Below are positions 7,048-12,071 of a stretch of DNA of 12,071 bases, piece by piece. This stretch comes from an uncultured Alphaproteobacteria bacterium (lineage in GTDB: Bacteria > Pseudomonadota > Alphaproteobacteria > RF32 > CAG-239). Each line of letters opens with the position of its first letter. Position 1 is the stretch's first letter. The notes beneath the pieces are model-generated. The model worked only from the letters and a program-made list of their open reading frames with translations, ran no database searches and had not been told where the DNA came from. Where the stretch lies: assembly GCA_910585375.1 (NCBI GenBank), contig CAJUCZ010000036.1, forward strand, positions 1 to 12,071, read 5' to 3'. A program made the position numbers and the translations under genes.

Positions 7048-8115
7048 ATGAATCTGAGCAAAATATTTTCATTTGAAAATCTGTTGGAAGCCCACAAACT
7101 GTGCCGAAGGAGCAAACAACACAAGCGGGGCGCCATTATGTTTGAGATTGAACTCGGCCGCAACATTGCCAAACTGACAGAAGAGCTGGCTAATAAAAAA
7201 TACAAATTGGGGAAATACAGGCCATTTACCATCTTTGACCCTAAAAAGCGCCTGATTGAAGCCCTGCCTTATAAAGACAGGGTGGTTCTGATGTGTTTTT
7301 GCCGGTATGTGCTTGAACCGCGGCTGGACTGCCGGCTGATTTTTGATAATGCCGCATCAAGAAAAGGCAAAGGTCCGGAATTTGCCATTGAACGCCTTTG
7401 TTGCTTTATCCGCAAACTTTATTGTCAGAAACCTAATGAAGATATCTATTTTTTGAAATGCGACATAGCGAAATACTTTCAAAACATCAATCATACGATA
7501 TTGTTGGAAAAACTACGGCGATGCGGCTTTTCTGACGATGAGATGTGGTTTATGGAGCTGGTTATCCGCTCGCACGGCGAAACAGGCGTTCCGCTCGGAA
7601 ATCAGACAAGCCAGTGGTTTGCCCTGCTCTATCTGGATGAGATTGACCGTCTGATAAAAGAACAACTGCGCGCTCCGTTTTATATCCGTTACATGGACGA
7701 TTTTGTTTTGTTAAGCAGGGATAAGGCCTTTTTGCAGCGTTGCCGGAATGAAATCGGCCAGACCTGCCGTGAGAGTCTGAAATTACAGCTGAACAACAAA
7801 ACGCAAATCGGACGGCTGAAAGACGGACTGGATTTTCTTGGATATAATTTTAAGCTTACGGACACCGGAAAGATTCTTAAAAGCCTGCGCGCCTCGGCCC
7901 GCCGCCGGCAACGGCATTATATTAAGATGATTGCCCGTTATTATTTACAGGACGTGCTTGACGATGAGTATCTTAATGTCCGTTTTAATGCGTTTAAAGC
8001 ACATATGAAAGGGACTTCGGACTGGAAATTTGTACGTGACCGGCTAAACAGCCTGAAAAGGAAAAAACGACTGATGAAAAAAAACGAAGATAAAAAATCC
8101 TTGCCCGTTTGCTGA
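7048..8115 (+). CDS. DGR-class reverse transcriptase
   Basis: 355 aa. RT motif 4 is LGNQTSQ (7594-7614), the [I/L/V]GxxxSQ signature that separates DGR RTs from retron and group II RTs (QGxxxSP). The catalytic YMDD is at 7690-7701. No maturase/X, endonuclease or RNase H domain is evident. Small size and position next to the TR fit a DGR RT. Confidence 0.95.
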   Translation: MNLSKIFSFENLLEAHKLCRRSKQHKRGAIMFEIELGRNIAKLTEELANKKYKLGKYRPFTIFDPKKRLIEALPYKDRVVLMCFCRYVLEPRLDCRLIFDNAASRKGKGPEFAIERLCCFIRKLYCQKPNEDIYFLKCDIAKYFQNINHTILLEKLRRCGFSDDEMWFMELVIRSHGETGVPLGNQTSQWFALLYLDEIDRLIKEQLRAPFYIRYMDDFVLLSRDKAFLQRCRNEIGQTCRESLKLQLNNKTQIGRLKDGLDFLGYNFKLTDTGKILKSLRASARRRQRHYIKMIARYYLQDVLDDEYLNVRFNAFKAHMKGTSDWKFVRDRLNSLKRKKRLMKKNEDKKSLPVC

Positions 8116-8155
8116 AAGTGTAGTATTATTAGTGGTAACTAATGGAGGAACTCTA

Positions 8156-10129
8156 ATGAATACAACATTATTGACAGAAGATCAAATCTGGGGAGACCAA
8201 GCTCTGGATGTTATGAAAAAGTACGGACTCAAAACGGCATTGACCGATTTGGCAATAGTTTTGGGCGGTTTAATGAGTCGCACAAACACAACCTCCGAGG
8301 GTGAACGTTCCGGTTACATTTGGTCGGCGTCCGCTAATTCTTACGGGAGTGTTCGCACCGTGAGTACGTACGGAGACGAGAGCTCGTCTGACCCCTCTGA
8401 GCTTAAGGACGCCGTTCGGCCCGCTTTGTCTCCATCCGAAACATCTAAAATCCGTCCGAACGCAGTGAGGACGCTGAGATTGCCCGAAGGGCAATTGCTT
8501 GAAATTTGCGAATTCGGGGCCTATCCCCAAGATATTGTTTCGAAAAAAATTTCGAAAAATCTGGAAAATTCTTACCAAAAAAGAAGTCTTAAAACAACCG
8601 GAAATTCCTATACTTTCGACAATGCCGGCCTGACCGATTACTCTGCTCCTTTTCAACCTAAAACTTATCAGGAATACGAGGATTCGTCTTCCGGAAAAAG
8701 ATATGTCCGCGTTGAAGGCAAGCCCGCCGATAAGGATTCGATTCTTTCCGACGGGACGCTTGTTCAGAACGGAGAGGCTTATTGGCTGGAGGTCAAGCCG
8801 ATTGAATGGCTGAAAGATCCGAGTGGCGTCTGGGTGGCGAAAAAAGCCCTTTTCTCCGGTATACAATTTGATTCTAACAGCAACTATGACAGCAATTTCT
8901 CTCAAACTGACATGAAGCAGTATCTGGACCGCTATTTCTCAAAGGAAATGCAGGCATCCCGCGATTATTCCGCAAGCCGCAGCCGCAATGCCGACGTTTC
9001 CGAAGAAAAAAGCTTTACGCCCAAACCACCCTCGGCCAGGCAGAAGAAATACGGTATTCAGGTTGTGGACGAACCGATGACGGTTAAAGACCAGATTGAC
9101 TTTTATGTGCAGAACGGCATGTCTTTTATGCTGCACGGGCCTTCCGGCGTCGGAAAGACCGCAAGGGTGGAAGCCATTGATCCTGATCTGACTGCCGTAC
9201 CGTTATGGAACGGCGTTCTGCCTGAAGACGTGGTCGGAAAGGTTCGCTATCCGGACGGGAAAACAGGCCTGCCAGACGAGAACAAGTCCGGCGGGGAATG
9301 GATCGCACCGGATTGGTATGTGGAATTGTGCAAAAAATGCGAGTCGGAGCCGGATAAAAACCATGTTTTGTTTATTGACGAGGTCACTAATGCCCGCCCG
9401 ACAACGCAAAGTCTGATTTTTCATATTACGTTGAAAAAATCCATCAGTCCCAGTAAAGGCAAGCTGCCTTCCAACGCTGTGGTCGTATTGGCAGGAAACA
9501 GCAAAGAAGAATCCGGTGCGGCGTATAATATGCCGGAACCGTTATTCCGCCGGATGTGCGGGCATATTTATCTGGAAGCAAATGTGCCGGAATGGCTGGA
9601 ATGGGCCAGCGAAAAGAGTCGGAAGCACCCCGAAGATCCGGAACGTCTGAACATTCACCCGCTGGTGTCTTCTTTTGTCGGAACTTACGGGCGTCAGGTT
9701 TTCTATTCTTCTTATGATGAGGAAAACCCGCAGCAGTGGGCAATGGATCCGCGCGGATGGGAACAGGTTTCGGACATTATTTATGACAACAAAGGCATTA
9801 TCCGGCGCGAATTGCTGGAAAGCAAAATGGGTAAGGAACTGGCAGCCAATCTGCTGGCTTATGCAAAAAATCCGCCGCTTTCACTGGAAGAAGTAATTAA
9901 CGGCGAATACTCGGAACGTGACATTCCGTCCGGAAACGATGCCCGTTTGGCATTGACGCTCAGCCTTCGCCATGTGGACGACCGGCAGGTCGGAAAAGTC
10001 AGGGATTTTATTCGGGAAAATCTCGGGCGGGAAAACGAGGCCGTCTTTGATTCTTTCTGGATTGGCAAAGATGACGAGAGGGCTTTGCTGATTGCCCGTC
10101 AGAAACAATTTAGAAACGCAGGGAGGTAA
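8156..10129 (+). CDS. DGR target protein: N-terminal hypervariable ligand-binding-type domain fused to a MoxR/AAA_5-like AAA+ ATPase
   Basis: I prefer the start at ATG 8156, which has GGAGG at 8144-8148, 7 nt upstream; the ORF-track GTG at 8132 has no SD. The protein is 657 aa. The VR encodes residues 55-91. ATPase motifs are Walker A GPSGVGKT (9137-9160), Walker B VLFIDE (9365-9382), sensor-1-like VVLAGN, and PLFRRM in the position of the MoxR ALLDRF arginine. No signal peptide or TM segment is seen. Confidence 0.85.
   Translation: MNTTLLTEDQIWGDQALDVMKKYGLKTALTDLAIVLGGLMSRTNTTSEGERSGYIWSASANSYGSVRTVSTYGDESSSDPSELKDAVRPALSPSETSKIRPNAVRTLRLPEGQLLEICEFGAYPQDIVSKKISKNLENSYQKRSLKTTGNSYTFDNAGLTDYSAPFQPKTYQEYEDSSSGKRYVRVEGKPADKDSILSDGTLVQNGEAYWLEVKPIEWLKDPSGVWVAKKALFSGIQFDSNSNYDSNFSQTDMKQYLDRYFSKEMQASRDYSASRSRNADVSEEKSFTPKPPSARQKKYGIQVVDEPMTVKDQIDFYVQNGMSFMLHGPSGVGKTARVEAIDPDLTAVPLWNGVLPEDVVGKVRYPDGKTGLPDENKSGGEWIAPDWYVELCKKCESEPDKNHVLFIDEVTNARPTTQSLIFHITLKKSISPSKGKLPSNAVVVLAGNSKEESGAAYNMPEPLFRRMCGHIYLEANVPEWLEWASEKSRKHPEDPERLNIHPLVSSFVGTYGRQVFYSSYDEENPQQWAMDPRGWEQVSDIIYDNKGIIRRELLESKMGKELAANLLAYAKNPPLSLEEVINGEYSERDIPSGNDARLALTLSLRHVDDRQVGKVRDFIRENLGRENEAVFDSFWIGKDDERALLIARQKQFRNAGR
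8318..8428 (+). repeat. DGR variable repeat (VR) inside the target gene
   Basis: Cognate of TR 6677-6787. There are 23 mismatches in 111 nt, 20 of them at TR adenines (20 of the 38 TR adenines differ). It encodes IWSASANSYGSVRTVSTYGDESSSDPSELKDAVRPAL. The GC-rich 3' block AAGGACGCCGTTCGGCCCG (8405-8423) is identical to the TR and could serve as an IMH. Confidence 0.93.
8479..8495 (+). promoter_or_regulatory. Hairpin downstream of the VR (candidate DGR target-recognition hairpin/cruciform)
   Basis: ATTGCCC (8479-8485), GAA loop, GGGCAAT (8489-8495). It begins 51 nt after the end of the VR, inside the coding sequence. Confidence 0.4.
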
Positions 10130-10131
10130 GT

Positions 10132-10512
10132 ATGAACAATAAAAAAATGCTGTTTGAGCAGGTATTGGACAACAATCCCCGGCATCCGGTTATTTTGGCC
10201 GGAAATACGGAGCTTTCCCTGCCCTCCTGCGTATTCATGCCGGCGGATATTGCCGAACGGGAACTGTTTATTCCGTCTGACTGGAGCAAGGCGCTTGACT
10301 TCGAGGCACAAAGGGGAAAAGCTTATCTTTTGATTGAAGGGTTGGACAAGTTGGCACCGGCGCAGCAAAGAAAATTTTGTATGCTTTTGAAAAACCGGCG
10401 GGCGGGAAATTACAAGCTGCCCGACAATGTCAGCATTGTTATTCCGGTTGCCGACAAATCAGGCCTGTCTGCAGAGATACTATCTCTTTCATTGTTATGG
10501 GACGTTGAATAA
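10132..10512 (+). CDS. Small P-loop-less AAA-like protein (degenerate paralogue of the upstream ATPase core)
   Basis: 126 aa. GGGAGG (10121-10126) precedes the ATG at 10132, 2 nt after the upstream TAA. By eye, YLLIEGLDKLAPAQQRKFCMLLKNRRAGNYKLPDNVSIVIPVA aligns with VLFIDEVTNARPTTQSLIFHITLKKSISPSKGKLPSNAVVVLAGN of the ATPase. Where the P-loop would sit it has VILAGNTELSL, with no GxxGxGK[ST]. Confidence 0.6.
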   Translation: MNNKKMLFEQVLDNNPRHPVILAGNTELSLPSCVFMPADIAERELFIPSDWSKALDFEAQRGKAYLLIEGLDKLAPAQQRKFCMLLKNRRAGNYKLPDNVSIVIPVADKSGLSAEILSLSLLWDVE

Positions 10513-12071
10513 TGCATGCGGACAATAATGACATTGATTATATCAGGGAGCGGGTTCTGCGGAAATTTCCGCTGCTCGGCGTGACGATGTCTGCATTGAA
10601 CACAGTGGCCGATGACAATATCGGCACAGCAGCAACGGACGGGCACACCGTTTATTATTCTCCAAAGTTTTTCGCACCACTTTCCGATGATGAAAAAACT
10701 TTTATTTATGCGCATGAGGTTATGCATGTGGCTTTTAATCATATTCTGCGCAGCAAGGACAAAAAACAGCGTTTGTGGAATACGGCAACGGATGCCGTCA
10801 TCAACCAGATTCTCAAAAACGAAGAATTGCCGATGATTGACGGCGGCGTAGATATGGCCGAAGCTGTCAATAAATCTGCCGAAGAAATGTATGAAAGGCT
10901 TCTCAAAGAACAGGAAGAAAAAGAAAAAGAAAAAGATAAAGATAAAAATCAACAACAGCAAGATGAAAGCCATTCCGCACAACAGCCTGAGGACGGCAAA
11001 CAACAGCAAAATGCGCCTCGGCCTCAGGATGATAATCAGCCGGAGCCAAAACGTCCTCAAGAACAGGAAAATAATGACGGAGACGGAGAAGAAAGCGAAC
11101 AGGCCGGGCATGACAATCATAATATTTGGAAAAAAGCCGTAGAAAAGGCTGAAAAAGAAAAACAGCAGCAAGAAGATCAACAGAAAGGAAATTCTCCAAC
11201 ACAGAAGCAGGAGAAATCCGGACAAAGTCTTTTGGACAAGTTGAAAGACTTATTTAAAAAGCCGGAAAAGCCTGCTGATACAGATAAGTCAGAAAGCCAG
11301 ACACCACAGACAGGAAGCTCTGACGGCGCTGACAGTCCGCGTTCCAAAGACAATGAGAGTGTTTATGAAAAAAGGTTTGGCGAAGATAACCGTCAGGAAC
11401 GTAAAAAACAGGCAGAACAAATCCGCAAGGCTTTACAGCAACATAAAAATGAAATTATTAAAGCGCAATCCGAAGAATATTCTTTTGGCAACGTCGGAGA
11501 GGCCAAGGCTGTCACAGACTGGAAAAAACTTTTAAAAAAGACAATCGAAAAAGAAGAAGACCGATGGTCTTACCGTCGTTCCGGTGCCGACAACGATTAT
11601 ATGGCCCGTGTGGAAGAACTGGAAGAAGAGAATTTGTCGGAAACTGAAGTTATGCTGGATGTCAGCGGATCGGTTGACGAAGGTATGCTTAAAGAATTTT
11701 TACGGCAGCTCAAGCCTATTTTAAAGACTTCAAAACTTAAGGTCGGATGTTTTGATCACCGGATTTTTGGTTTTAAGGAGATTAAAAATAATCATGACAT
11801 TGACAATTTCAGTGTTCCGGGCGGCGGCGGAACGAATATTGATCAGGCCGTACGGGCGTTTTCCAAGAAAAAAGAAGTCAACAAGATTGTTTTTACGGAT
11901 GGTTATTCCCATGATATGCCGCGGCAGGATTTGAAAAATACGAATGTCATATGGCTTATTTATGACAACAAAAATTTTAATCCGGTTTGCGGAAAAGTGA
12001 TTTATGTCGATCGTGCCAAACTTGGCCAGAATTATATCAAAAATGCCTATTTTGCAAGAGGCGGCAGATAA
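10512..12071 (+). CDS. Putative Zn-metallopeptidase (HExxH, DUF2201_N-like) - acidic/Q-rich linker - VWA-like domain (DUF2201-like) protein
   Basis: 519 aa. The start overlaps the upstream stop (TAATG at 10510-14). The N-domain has GTAATDG...YYSP and HEVMH (10713-10727), followed by NTATDAVIN. The C-domain has the MIDAS-type DVSGS (11658-11672), GGGGTN and VFTDGY...VIWLIY. The stop TAA falls at the last bases of the window. Confidence 0.85.
   Translation: MHADNNDIDYIRERVLRKFPLLGVTMSALNTVADDNIGTAATDGHTVYYSPKFFAPLSDDEKTFIYAHEVMHVAFNHILRSKDKKQRLWNTATDAVINQILKNEELPMIDGGVDMAEAVNKSAEEMYERLLKEQEEKEKEKDKDKNQQQQDESHSAQQPEDGKQQQNAPRPQDDNQPEPKRPQEQENNDGDGEESEQAGHDNHNIWKKAVEKAEKEKQQQEDQQKGNSPTQKQEKSGQSLLDKLKDLFKKPEKPADTDKSESQTPQTGSSDGADSPRSKDNESVYEKRFGEDNRQERKKQAEQIRKALQQHKNEIIKAQSEEYSFGNVGEAKAVTDWKKLLKKTIEKEEDRWSYRRSGADNDYMARVEELEEENLSETEVMLDVSGSVDEGMLKEFLRQLKPILKTSKLKVGCFDHRIFGFKEIKNNHDIDNFSVPGGGGTNIDQAVRAFSKKKEVNKIVFTDGYSHDMPRQDLKNTNVIWLIYDNKNFNPVCGKVIYVDRAKLGQNYIKNAYFARGGR

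Larger units (their letters stand above)
6120..8495 (+). mobile_element. Diversity-generating retroelement (DGR) cassette in the order avd - TR - spacer - RT - target VR - downstream hairpin
   Basis: All canonical DGR parts are present on one strand: an Avd-like protein, a TR/VR pair with adenine-specific mismatches, and an RT with DGR-specific motif 4. See the individual features. Confidence 0.9.

Noticed and set aside
7048-8115. Could the RT belong to a retron, a group II intron or an Abi/UG defence RT instead?
   Set aside because: Motif 4 is LGNQTSQ, which is DGR-type rather than QGxxxSP. A cognate TR/VR pair with A-specific mismatches and an Avd-like gene are present. I see no msr/msd-type inverted repeats, intron ribozyme domains, maturase/X or endonuclease domains.
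8132-8155. GTG start at 8132 for the DGR target
   Set aside because: No SD lies upstream of it, whereas the ATG at 8156 is preceded by GGAGG at optimal spacing. The choice does not affect the interpretation.
10410-11225. 271-aa minus-strand ORF, extremely F/L/I-rich
   Set aside because: It is the reverse complement of the purine-rich E/K/Q linker of the peptidase-VWA gene. It is a low-complexity artefact and would overlap two well-supported plus-strand genes.
1-12071. CRISPR arrays, IS elements/transposases, integrases or toxin-antitoxin pairs
   Set aside because: I could see no spaced direct-repeat arrays, terminal inverted repeats, or DDE/tyrosine/serine-recombinase-like ORFs anywhere in the window.

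Overview
A tRNA-Pro(UGG) gene at 5738-5814 divides the window into two parts.

Left part (ordinary core genes):
- A 5'-truncated Cys-rich protein with a DUF1566-like C-terminus (2-673).
- pyrG, secG and tpiA on the minus strand.
- A divergent ppiD-like periplasmic chaperone/PPIase.
- By eye, this tpiA-secG-pyrG / ppiD synteny and the protein sequences look alphaproteobacterial. This is an inference.

Right part (accessory island with a complete diversity-generating retroelement, DGR):
- An Avd-like four-helix-bundle protein (about 6120-6635).
- A 111-nt template repeat (TR, 6677-6787) with 12 in-frame AAY codons.
- A spacer of about 260 nt.
- A DGR-class reverse transcriptase (7048-8115) with LGNQTSQ and YMDD motifs.
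- A cognate variable repeat (VR, 8318-8428). It differs from the TR at 23 positions, 20 of them at TR adenines.

The unusual feature is the DGR target. The VR encodes residues 55-91 near the N-terminus of a 657-aa protein (8156-10129) that has no signal peptide or TM segment. The C-terminal half of that protein is a MoxR/AAA_5-like AAA+ ATPase. It is translationally coupled to two downstream genes:
- a 126-aa P-loop-less, AAA-like mini-protein (10132-10512);
- a 519-aa HExxH metallopeptidase-VWA (DUF2201-like) protein (10512-12071).

I interpret this as a DGR-diversified intracellular sensor wired to a MoxR-VWA-peptidase module. It is a candidate for a previously undescribed hypervariable recognition or conflict system. 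All domain calls come from reading motifs by eye, and no database search was run.
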